From Styela clava (taxonomy: Eukaryota): a stretch of DNA of 64,000 bases. The stretch is taken from contig NC_135259.1 in assembly GCF_964204865.1 (NCBI RefSeq), positions 12,648,001 through 12,712,000 of the forward strand. Reading direction: 5' to 3'. The notes beneath the pieces are model-generated. The model ran no database searches, had not been told where the DNA came from, and worked only from the letters and a program-made list of their open reading frames with translations. The translations under genes were made by a program, and so were the position numbers. This document shows positions 53,278-64,000 of this stretch, piece by piece (within the stretch, counting starts at the first letter, position 1; the number at the start of each line of letters is the position of its first letter).

Positions 53278-55435
53278 ATTTATTCTACTCGTTTAACGTA
53301 TTTAGCCTAACTAATTTCAATGAGAGTTCGTAAAAAAATTTTTAAAAAGGGGCCACACTGTGGATTCGCAAGTTTTGAAAAAAATAAATAAATGAAGACA
53401 ATATTGATAAATAATTACATACAAAAAAACAAATGTCTGAATGGGAAAGGTAGTTAGTTTCCTGTAAACCCAATTGTTAGTTACATTAATTCTTGTTACA
53501 ACATTATTAATACTTGGTTTAGCATTTCCAAAAATAACCGCAATACGTTCCAACTCAACCTTATATCTTGCACATCTTATATCAGTAAACAGAAGAAGTA
53601 CCGGTATGATAAGATTATATTCAATTAATGATAAAAGTGAAAAACACTGATTATTCAGATCTAGTAAAATACCTTTTTTTCACCTTATAATGGTCTATAT
53701 TTAATACAACAGAAAAAACATGATCACACAGGTGCATAAATTATACATATATTTACTATAGCTATCCAGACTTATCATCGCTTCCACTTCTTGAGCTTTA
53801 TCAATATAACGAGCGTTTCCGTTATTTGTTACTACAGTACTATTAGTTATGATCGGCCGAGCCTATAAAATATGATCAACAACTGATTTGAGTACATTGC
53901 TCTATATTGCCATCTCGCGGTAATCCTAAATTCTTCGAATTCGAATAATTATAAGTTTATTTTGACTCCATAATTAGCATGAAAAAAAAATTAAAAATTG
54001 ACTAAAACAAATAAATAAAACTGATTACAAAATCAGGAAAGCGAGCAAGTTAAGTAAGGTTTAAATCCTACAGATTTTATATTGAAAGGTGTTGTCAAAA
54101 AAAGGGGTTTATTATGATGTTTCACCAAAGAATTTCTTTTACTTCAATACCCAGCGCTAACAAGAAAAATGTCAAAGAGAGGGGCACGGTAACTATACAA
54201 AATTGCCAATTCGCGAGAATGCTCCAAAATAAACATAAGAAAACTGTGCAAAGTTCAATCCGCTTCCAATATTAGGTTTGCGTTAATAAATATAATCATT
54301 GTTTATACCGGTACCGTACAACCCAGATAATTAAACTATTGCACATGGACTCCTAGAGCATATGTAATGATTTATTTAGGTTTTGATACACCAAATAAAA
54401 TCTATCCACCGGCTGTAAATATTTCGGGATTTATCGTACTTCAGTTTGTTTGCTTCGTGGTGGTTGCGTCATCCATAGAGAGCTTCATGTGCGTCCGTAT
54501 AATCTCTTGTTGGTTCAGTTTTGCACTAATTCTGTCATTCCCCAGTTAAGAGCTTACTACTGTCGCACCTCTGTATTTGAATATTTCTGTAATTATAACT
54601 GTATAAAGCCGAGAGAATCGATATTTTAGCAATTATCAAAAATTAATTATAAAACGCAGAAACGGCTGAAATAAATATAGTAGACTAGGACTACCACATA
54701 CCTACGGCTGTACGGTATTGAATTCAAAAAGTGAGATTTGAGAAGCAAATGAATAGCAATACTGAATAAGGAATAAACATTGTAGCTATAATTTAATGTA
54801 GTCTACTATTTGTATTGTATTCATAGTATATACTGAAATGATATTTTCTATTGCAGTATTGTAGAAATATGAAAAATACTGAAATAATATAGATCTATTC
54901 TAAATTATGAAATTACAGAATTGACTATGGCATGTTCGAAAAACTTGCATGTCTGCATATACCATTAGATTTTTATGAGATTAATCTTGATAATTGGAAT
55001 AACGAGATTGCGGTTGAAGACAAAAAAAATTAATTAGGCAATGAATCGTTGTTAATATATTATTTAAATTAATAACTCGCTAGTTATACGACATAATTCA
55101 TCCAAAATCTATAGGCTTCTGGACCGAGATATGATGAACGCAGATTCAACCTCGCTTTCGTAAGATATCGCGTGTATCTAACATACAAACAAGCAAACGC
55201 AAATACCTATCAACATACTTACCGATCACGATCGATAAATAACAAACTAATAATTGTTTATCTAGTTATGATAGATATTACATAAAAACATGTCATACAG
55301 TCATATGTAGACACATTGTTTTGGTACGTTTAAAAAATTGTATGAATGATAATGTCAAGAACCCCAAATCTTATATTTTTAAATTTTTTCGATCTCTGAA
55401 TTTAAGTATGATATTTCTATTACAGATTATAGAAA
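53278..55435. promoter_or_regulatory. Divergent (head-to-head) upstream region shared by SPTLC1 and ALDH18A1
   Basis: Start codons point away from each other 2.16 kb apart; taccggtaccgtac at 54306; TSS positions not determinable. Confidence 0.5.
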
Positions 55436-57820
55436 ATGGATAAAACAAAGTTAATATTGAATGCTCTGCATTTAAAAACTGCCACACCAAAGTTTATCTG
55501 TTGCTATCGGCAAGCCAGTTCATCCAGCATTTCCGCTCTCATTGAGCCAAATTTACAATCTCATGATGTCATGGATCTTGCAAATACACAATTGTATAAT
55601 AATTCTGGAAAATCATTTTTGCGAAGAAGCGAACTTAAACATGCAAAAAAGGTTGTTGTAAAATTAGGAAGTGCTGTCTTAACGAGGGATGACAATTGTG
55701 GAATTGCACTTGGAAGACTTGCATCCATCATTGAACAGGTTGCGGAATTACAAAATTCTGGACATAAGATGATGGTAGTTACCAGCGGAGCTGTTGCATT
55801 TGGAAGGCAGAGGTTGAAACGAGAGTTAATGATGAATCAAAGCGTTAGAGAAGCAATACAACCAGCACAATTAAATGGCACAAACATGACGGATAAATTT
55901 CAACCTAGAAATCATGCAGACCCAAGAGCATGTGCAGCCGCTGGACAAAGTGGTTTAATGGCACTTTATGAAACTATGTTTGCTCAATACAACATATCCA
56001 CTGCACAAATTTTGGTTACAAAGCATGATTTTGTTGGAGAGCATAGATTTTATTTACAATCCACTCTTGAAAATCTTCTTTCTCTTTCAATAGTGCCAAT
56101 CATTAATACGAATGATGCAATCGTGGCCCCTCCTGGTGTTAATCAAGACTTGGAAGGTGCCATCAGCATAAAGGATAACGATAGTTTAGCAGCGAGATTA
56201 TGTGTTCAAATTTCTGCAGATTTGCTCTTATTACTTTCCAATGTTGATGGACTATATACTCATCCACCTGGTGACCAAAATTCACAACTTATCAACACAT
56301 ACTGTATTAGAAATAATAACGCAATTAAATATGGCGCAAAATCCACTGTAGGTCTTGGTGGAATGGATACTAAAGTACAAGCAGCTTTATGGGCCGTTCA
56401 AAGAGGTACATCTGTTCTCATTTGCAATGGTTGTAGTTCAACAGCAGCCCCAATTCTTGATAGTGTAAGAGGTAAAAATATTGGCACTTTCTTTACAGAA
56501 GTAGAAATTAACGGTGAAAGCCCGTCAATTCAGGCGAATTCAGCGAGATCTGGGTCAAGAAAACTTCAACAACTTGAATCGAATGAAAGAGCTGAAATCT
56601 TACAAAAACTAGCAGAATTGCTTGAATTAAGAAGTGATGAAATTTTGGCAGCTAATCAAGAAGATATTGAAGAAGCAACACAAAAGGGTGTTCTCTCACA
56701 AGCCATGATCGATCGTTTAAAATTGACAAACGCGAAAATTCAAAATCTTGCAGATGGTGCAAGACAAATTGCATCACAATGTCACAAATTAACTGGAAAT
56801 GTGATAGCTCGTACTCAAATCGCAGATAATATGGTCGCAGAAAGAGTAGCCATTCCTATTGGAGTTTTGTTGATTATTTTTGAGTCGCGACCAGACTGTC
56901 TCGCACAAATTTCAGCTCTTTCAATTGCAACTGCAAATGGTTTATTAGTTAAAGGTGGGAAAGAAGCTTCAAGATCCAATTTCTGTCTCTATACTATTGT
57001 TCAAGATGCACTGGATTTGTATGACTGCGTAGATGCCGTAAAACTTATTGATACGAGAGATGAGGTATCTGATTTACTCAAACTTGATAAGGATATTGAC
57101 TTGGTTATACCAAGAGGATCGGCTGAGATGGTACAAAGCATCGCAAAATCTTCATCTAGAACTGTACCTGTTTTGGGTCATAGTGATGGTGTTTGTCACG
57201 TCTATATTGATAAAGAAAGTAACGTCGATATGGCATGTCGCGTAGTGCGAGATGCAAAATGTGACTATCCTGCAGCCTGTAACGCCATGGAAACCTTACT
57301 CGTACACAAAGATCTTATTCATACGTCTATATTCAAGGAAATCACAGATGTGTTACGAGCTGAAGGGGTTAAGATTAATTCTGGTCCGAACCTGGCTGGG
57401 CAATTATTATTCACCCCAACTGTGACAAACTCTTTAAATAAGGAATATTCGGATTTAGAATGCTGCATCGAGGTTGTGGATGATGTTACAGATGCAATTG
57501 CCCATATTCATAAGTATGGCAGCTCTCACACTGATGTCATTGTTACCAATAATGAGGAGACAGCAGAATATTTCTTGCAAAATGTGGATAGCTCTTGCGT
57601 ATTTCATAATGCAAGTACACGTTTTGCTGACGGTCAACGAATGGGGTTGGGGGCTGAAGTTGGAATCAGTACAGGTCGCATTCATGCACGGGGTCCAGTA
57701 GGGGCAGAAGGATTGCTGACGTATAAATGGATTCTTAGAGGTTCTGGTCAAACTGCACAAGATTTTGGAACAGATGGAACTTTATTCTACACTCACCAAG
57801 CTCTTCCTTTGAATTCATAA
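55436..57820 (+). CDS. ALDH18A1: Delta-1-pyrroline-5-carboxylate synthase (glutamate 5-kinase + gamma-glutamyl phosphate reductase), 794 aa, intronless
   Basis: VVKLGSAVLTR; VTSGAVAFG; KDNDSLAA; GGMDTKV; IFESRPD; IPRGS; catalytic YPAACNAMETLL; GAEVGISTGRIHARGPVG; mitochondrial-presequence-like N-terminus. Confidence 0.99.
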   Translation: MDKTKLILNALHLKTATPKFICCYRQASSSSISALIEPNLQSHDVMDLANTQLYNNSGKSFLRRSELKHAKKVVVKLGSAVLTRDDNCGIALGRLASIIEQVAELQNSGHKMMVVTSGAVAFGRQRLKRELMMNQSVREAIQPAQLNGTNMTDKFQPRNHADPRACAAAGQSGLMALYETMFAQYNISTAQILVTKHDFVGEHRFYLQSTLENLLSLSIVPIINTNDAIVAPPGVNQDLEGAISIKDNDSLAARLCVQISADLLLLLSNVDGLYTHPPGDQNSQLINTYCIRNNNAIKYGAKSTVGLGGMDTKVQAALWAVQRGTSVLICNGCSSTAAPILDSVRGKNIGTFFTEVEINGESPSIQANSARSGSRKLQQLESNERAEILQKLAELLELRSDEILAANQEDIEEATQKGVLSQAMIDRLKLTNAKIQNLADGARQIASQCHKLTGNVIARTQIADNMVAERVAIPIGVLLIIFESRPDCLAQISALSIATANGLLVKGGKEASRSNFCLYTIVQDALDLYDCVDAVKLIDTRDEVSDLLKLDKDIDLVIPRGSAEMVQSIAKSSSRTVPVLGHSDGVCHVYIDKESNVDMACRVVRDAKCDYPAACNAMETLLVHKDLIHTSIFKEITDVLRAEGVKINSGPNLAGQLLFTPTVTNSLNKEYSDLECCIEVVDDVTDAIAHIHKYGSSHTDVIVTNNEETAEYFLQNVDSSCVFHNASTRFADGQRMGLGAEVGISTGRIHARGPVGAEGLLTYKWILRGSGQTAQDFGTDGTLFYTHQALPLNS

Positions 57821-59665
57821 TGCATAATATATCACAAAAATTTGTCTGAACACTGCACAAATTATCTGTCACTGTTAAAACTAATATACACAACAGACTT
57901 TGTGAGAGAAAAGGAGAAATAAATGATTATTTAACTGTTGCAACTTTTCCTAGTTTAAGAATGGTAATTATATTTAATTACTTATTTGATAGTGCTCTTC
58001 AAGATAGCTGAAATTATTGAGTAAAATGTGAGACAATTGTAGAAAAAAGGTCCTTATTAATACATAAATTTCCAGCATGTAGTTTATTACCGTAATTATA
58101 TTTTGTTGATCCAACATATTTAAGAAAGTTTTGTTAATCTTATATTGGAATTTTGATATTCCTACCCTAGTCATTGAATACTTGTTTAATTCACATTTGA
58201 TGATCTTAATAAAATAAAGAATGTGGCTACTCCTATAAAAGAAATTGTGTAGGTATAAACCTGCCATGGGTAAGTAAGTTGTATAATTTTGGTATCCTGG
58301 GATCATGACATATACTATGTATTCTGTGTTCATAGGTTTGAATCAATTTGTTTTTTTGTTGGTGTTCCTAATTTCCTGATACTTAATCCATGACATTGAT
58401 GTAATTCTAAAAATAGTCATATCAATATATATATTTGACGCTAAAGAAAAATAAGACTGCTGCTTCATAATTGGTGTGAGTAATTTGCTTTAGGTAACGA
58501 TCATGGTTGACCATTTCTAATTCATGTTTGCTTGGTCATATTTGTATTTGAAGATATATTCTTGCTATTGGGAGGAAAAACCACTGCATGCTCTTTCATA
58601 TTCGGTGTTAATATTTTTGCTTTAGGTATAGATTTTGATGAATTTATTTATTATGCAATACTGCCAAATGTGCTATTTGTGTGTTCTGTTTTTACAAGGT
58701 GGCACTGGGAAATTGGAAAGAAACGATTTTATAAATGTTATTTTAGGGAAAAGTTCATCAATTATCCCCCAGCATGAGAGCGAGTTTACTATTTAAAAAC
58801 GTGGTTATTATTAGTAAAAAAGGAGTGTACGGTAATTTTTTGGTGTAGATTATGGTGAAACGACCGCGTGTCATCCAGTTCAACCGTCGAGCGCTACAAT
58901 TCTGGCCGATAAAATACCCCTAACATAGATGAACTTTTATCAACTTGATAATGATAAGATAAATAGATAACATGGCGGTATTAAGGTTGTACGAGACGAT
59001 CGTAAATCAAATTTACGTATCTAATATGATATAAATTGGTGAAATATGTTGCTAAATGTTCAACATCGCGATATTCAAACATGCTAGAAATGGACGAAAA
59101 ACAGAGCCTTTCTAAAATATTCTGGTAACGTGGTAAGCTATTATTATCTTGTTGGAAGAGAGCTGTCTCGCCGCCAACATTATTTATCGTCTACAATTGG
59201 CGTAATTGGCTACACGCAAAACAGGTTGCGCTTATCGTCTTGTCAAAAAGAGTGATTTTATTTCTAAAACATTGACACGCAATTTAAAACAATATCGAAA
59301 ATTCGTATCTATTTCACACATTGTTTTGTGTAGGTCAGTATGCAAGATCGTCGAAGGTAATCGAGGCTACTGACCATTTTTTTACATTGTAATAAAACTG
59401 TCAGAACTGGTTGCTACAGTCAGCGACTTAATATTATAATGTTAATAAATATCTCAGAACTTAAAGACTGTGGTACTTTATCTGAACAAGAAGACTTAAA
59501 GAAAGTATAGCACATCGTACAGAGACATTAATAAAGGGAAGGAAGAAACGACACGCGCCGGTACGGTCCCTGCAATATCTTTAGCTTGTGTACATAATTT
59601 TTATTCATCGTTTTCATATTGTTCTTTCTATCAAGTTACAAAATAAATGATGATGGTAATCTATG

Positions 59666-60083
59666 TAGGGCTGGGCATTTTCGAATATCTTGTGATTTCA
59701 GAATCGAATCGAATAATTTTTTTCGAATCGAATCGAATCTCGAATACTTGGAAATATGTAATTGTAAGCGACTTTTTTTATAGTAATTGGTCTTCTAACA
59801 AATAAATTACTGAACACATAGAATACATCACTCAGATAGATTGTGAGCGTCCACACACAATAATAAAAACGCTCTAACAATAACTTACTACAGAAAATAG
59901 TCATATGTCAGAATTGCGTTGAAAAAATATGACTTCAATGAAAAAAAAATTGGGGAATTCACCTCGATCATTGGCGGAAACAAAAAAACAAGATGGCGGC
60001 GATTCGAAATTTAGCTTTGAACCGATTCGAATAATTTACTATTCGATTCGATTCGAATATTCGATTCGAAATGCCCAGCCCTA
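59666..60083. mobile_element. hAT-type MITE, 418 bp
   Basis: TIR tagggctgggcattt / aaatgcccagcccta; (tcgaa)n subterminal arrays; perfect TSD aatctatg (59658-59665, 60084-60091). Confidence 0.93.
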
Positions 60084-61590
60084 AATCTATGTCCTTCCTT
60101 CATTGAAACTTTTCATAGTTGGCAACCCTAGCTACAATATAAAACGGCAACGTGCCATCTTCCGTCCAATCTTGTTTGTAATGATATTCCATGCCGGATT
60201 TTTGGTAATTTGATAAGTTAAAAATATCCTTGCAATGTGCAGCGAACGCTCGTATGCAAGAAGTTGACATACCTGGGCTGATTGATTGAAGATTAACATT
60301 CTACATTACGTGCGGAGAGTTAGGAAAACGCTTACGATCGTAGCGTCGATTACCATGTGTGCGTGAATATGTCACCGGGGATCTCGTTACACGGAGGACT
60401 CACATAGGCGCCTGTGGGGTATTTCCATAGCCAAAAATAAGTGCATCACCATAGGCTTGGCCAACTCCTAGGCTTTCCTCTTAATCGGGATAAAAAAATG
60501 TACTTCAATCTCTTCATTCTAATTCTTTGGAGATGACACAGTTGGGTCAAACAAATTGCGATATGATGAAATTCATTGACACAAATGTTACCACATATTA
60601 TACACTTTTCAAATGTTCACACCACAAGTGAAGAACAAGATTCACACATCTTCAATCTGCTGAAGAATTTAATAGCAACTGGATGCACTAAGAAAATTTA
60701 CCCCATAGCCGGCAGCCGATATGAACAGTTTTCTCAGAATTAGGAATTACAGGTACCACATCCATCGCTAATGTGAATAGGTCTTTTCCTTCCAGCGCAA
60801 AGGGACCGATGACGAGTACAGTATTCCAAACACACAGTACATACTGCTGTACAGCGACGTAGATTTCATCATTGCCTAAATATTGAACGAACCTTGAACT
60901 TTTCTGCTAGAAATCACTTCAACCCAGGTCAGCAATCTACATTTTATTACATTTATTTACACACAAACATTGTTCTGAATAATGCAATTAATAACCCACA
61001 CAAAATCATGACAATTGTAGAACAACAACTTCCCAGGCTAATGAAGCCAATAGTAAAACAAAGCAAGGACCAAATGCAACAGCAAAACAGACGACACATC
61101 ACGTCTAAAGAAGCTGACCAGAGAACACACCAGGAAGAATTGCAAGTCGTTTCATGTACTACAACAAATGATTTGCTACATATCTTCAGTAAATCTTGAA
61201 ATCACCAGCAGACTTACATCTGCAAGACAATGTAAGCATAAATAAAACGAAAAAGTGAGGCCTAAACATATGGAGGCAAAGGCCAAATGATTACAGAAAC
61301 ATCAACAAAACTCCAGCTCAATGTTGGAAAAATTGTACCGAATGTCATATGGAGGTGTGCCAATAAATAAGAAAAAACAGCTAAATACTGAGTGAGATCT
61401 TGCAAAAGCATATCTAATAATCAAGTGTTACGATGAACCTTTGGAACCGTGTTCACATAACCGCTGATTGGTTTCAGCTTCCTCCACCAACCAATCTGGC
61501 GCCTGGAAAGAATTACCAGTGGAAGGCATGATTTAACTTAATAAAATAAGTTATTTCACTAATCTTTTGAAATAAATACGAAATCTTACC

Positions 61591-63211
61591 TCACAGAGAC
61601 ACAGTTGCTACTGTTGAAATAGCATCAGTTTGTTGTTGAATCATATTTGCAGTTGTCTGTTGACTTGTGCTTGGCTGCTGTGATGGATTTCCAGCTGTTT
61701 GACCAGTTTGTTGTTGAGATTGTTGAGTGAATTGCTTGCCCATGCAACTACGAGCTACAGATTCAAACAACCTAAACAAATTGAAATTTCAATTATACAG
61801 TAGCATGGATTACCATCAACACAATTTTGCTATACTCAAGTTGAATAACGCGGCCGTGTGGCTCATCATGCTAAGCGTTAGGAATAAGCTCGTCACCGCA
61901 CCTCTGATTATCCTACGTGGGTTCACAGGTTTCCACCCTATGCAGGGATAGTTATGTGCGAGAGGATTGCTGGACTCCTCGCCGCCATAGGGTGGACACG
62001 TAACCGCTGGTCGGTTACGGCTCCCTCTACCGCTAAGTCCATGTTTTCGAGACCAAATAACTAACTAATCCCATACCCGACATGGTATGGTAACCGAACG
62101 AGAGGCCGTGGTTCGCCAAATAGTTAAGCTGTCTTATCGACTTCCTCTCCTCCGGGATAAATAGGTAAATATTATCCTAACAAGGCCTCGTGCCAGTCTG
62201 TTCAGAGACAAAAAAAGTTCGAGAATTGCTGCAGTAGAATACCAATACCACAGTCATTTTGATAGCTTAATTTATCAGACTGTACAGTATAACATTTGAT
62301 AAATCTATTCATTTAGGAAAAAAAATGTTTTCCTCATTTGTAGAAACATGGTATTGGATAAAATAGTAGAAATTGTAACATACTTTGAGATCTCAGGAGC
62401 GCAATGCACAAACTCATGATTCCAGAACTTGAAATTGGGATTCTTGATCAACTCTATAAAAGTTATTAGAAGTCCCCAAGGATGAGGTCGATTAACAATC
62501 AGCCTTTCAAGTAGAACCCTGAAAGAGATATAAAGTTACTTACAATAAATGCTCCAGAACAAAACTCCTCCATTTAAACTATACCATGCAAGGTCATTTC
62601 ATTGGTGAGAAAATATATCACAGCTTGGCTTTATATCATCGATATTAAAATTGAAATTGTTTTGCCAAAGCAGAATTTTTGTTTGAAGAAAGCACGCATC
62701 TTCAATTTGATATATTTTTATGAGAATTTGATCAAAGCATAGTCATATGTCACTGAAAAGCCCTAAGCTATCATGCTTTTTAACCGAAAGATTGAATCTG
62801 TAAGTTGACTTGATTGAAAAAAATATGTGGTGGTGAATAGATTTCAAAAATTTTTGAAAGTTTTTTTTTGTCTTGAGGGAACTAACAGTAAACGGATTAG
62901 AGCTCGCGGCTGAGTACTACAAATAATAATACCTTTTATGTACCGAAACCATAAACAAGCTTTGCAAGCTTGAATATAGGAAAATGATTAATGATTTTTC
63001 TCTATTCATATTCTTAATTTTTGATTTTAAAAAATTAATAAAAAGCAAAACCAACTGTGATTTTGATGTTAATCTAACCTTGTTATCTGTTCTTGTATTG
63101 CTTCTTGATTTGCTTCAGCAAACAAATACAAGAGTGTGCAGCTGAAGTAATGAGTGTGACTGTTAGGATAACGTAACTGATTTGCAATAGCATTCAGAAA
63201 CAGATAACGCC
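61591..63211 (-). CDS. CNOT1: CCR4-NOT subunit 1, last three coding exons (63211-63079, 62518-62384, 61771-61591); gene continues beyond the window
   Basis: [45 protein letters not shown]|[45 protein letters not shown]|[11 protein letters not shown] is the NOT1 C-terminal domain. Confidence 0.96.
61850..62179 (+). mobile_element. Near full-length tRNA-derived SINE
   Basis: Head ggccgtgtggctcatcatgctaagcg (A-box-like) and degenerate B-box-like region; body repeated at ~27478-27565, 32100-32278, ~38300-38420, 44760-44960, 45715-45891, ~61445-61495 and 63370-63660; tail gggataaata..gtaaat..atcct. Confidence 0.85.
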
Positions 63212-63369
63212 CTGAAAAATAAAAAATGGGTATGGTACTAGGAAATTCAACATAGCTGAAGAAATTTGTTCATTTCCCATCAGAATGAATTGACTCCTGA
63301 TACTGTAAATATAGCCTAGTTACAATTCTTAATAAAAAAATTACAAAATAAAATCCTGGTATTGATCTT

Positions 63370-63660
63370 GGCGGTGTTGCCCATCGCACTAAGCGCTAGG
63401 GATACACTCGTCAGCCCACCTCTGAAGGTTTAAATCCCCATTTTATGTGGGAGGGGATTGCGGGACTTCTCGCCGTCGTAGGGTGGTTCACATAAGTTTC
63501 ATCCACACTAAAGTTCATGCATCTAAAACAAATAACTGGCTAACTAATCTTATACCCGGCATGTAATGGTAACTGGACGAGAGGCCGTGGTTCGCCATAT
63601 GATTAAGTCGTATTATCAGCTTTCCTCTCCTCAACATAAAAAATATAAATCTTATCCTAT
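63370..63660 (+). mobile_element. SINE copy of the same family
   Basis: ctaagcgctagggatacactcgtca; aaacaaataactggctaactaat; gacgagaggccgtggttcgcca. Confidence 0.85.
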
Positions 63661-64000
63661 ATTTTAGGTACAGGTTTGTTAAAGGCATGATCCCCATACA
63701 TATATCATATGAAATAAAAAATAAACATTTGGTTTGACAACAAGTTTTTCCGAGTAAAATAGAAAGAAATACAACAAATGACATTAAATTAAGCAAATTA
63801 ATGAGAGACTCTAATGAGAATGGTTAAACTAAACCTGTTAGCCAATATCACAATTATGCGTGAAATTAAACAAAAGTGGATCAAAATGTTAACCATTGCA
63901 AACAACAGCTGTTGAATCACACAATTACTCTAGACTAGATTTTCAAAATCCTCAACTACAAATGAGACTGTACATTGAGTTTATTCAATAAAAAAGCATA

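Noticed and set aside
55070-55250. Possible Helitron-like repeat end (acatacaaacaagcaaac...cgatcacgatcg)
   Set aside because: Single occurrence in the window and termini cannot be defined.
58455-58630. ORF 58532-58777 and a short imperfect direct repeat (tttgctttaggta x2)
   Set aside because: No recognisable protein or splice chain; likely 3'-flank noise.

Overview
AT-rich animal nuclear DNA with short GT-AG introns. The compact gene structure and repeat types suggest a marine invertebrate, plausibly a tunicate (inference, not proven). Positions 1-20.3 kb are a ~10.3-kb tandem duplication (or uncollapsed alleles). Each unit carries an unannotated multi-exon orphan gene with an internally duplicated 186-nt exon. 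Positions 22-64 kb hold recognisable genes: PRDM13-like (+), IST1 (+), TOMM22 (-), PSMG1 (-), MOSMO (-), SPTLC1 (-), ALDH18A1/P5CS (+) and the 3' end of CNOT1 (-). These are interspersed with hAT and Tc1/mariner MITEs, a tRNA-derived SINE family and LINE fragments. The most unusual structures are: (i) a TIR element (33-bp TIR, 8-bp TSD) carrying a full-length SNRPG/SmG copy next to a LINE 3' end, frameshifted by what looks like an hAT excision footprint; (ii) a 2.65-kb Sola2-like foldback element whose two inner arms carry the same truncated SINE in mirror image; (iii) the duplicated orphan gene; (iv) three normally multi-exon genes with intronless CDS, each with a splice acceptor just before the ATG. 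All exon coordinates and alignments were read by eye; no searches were run.
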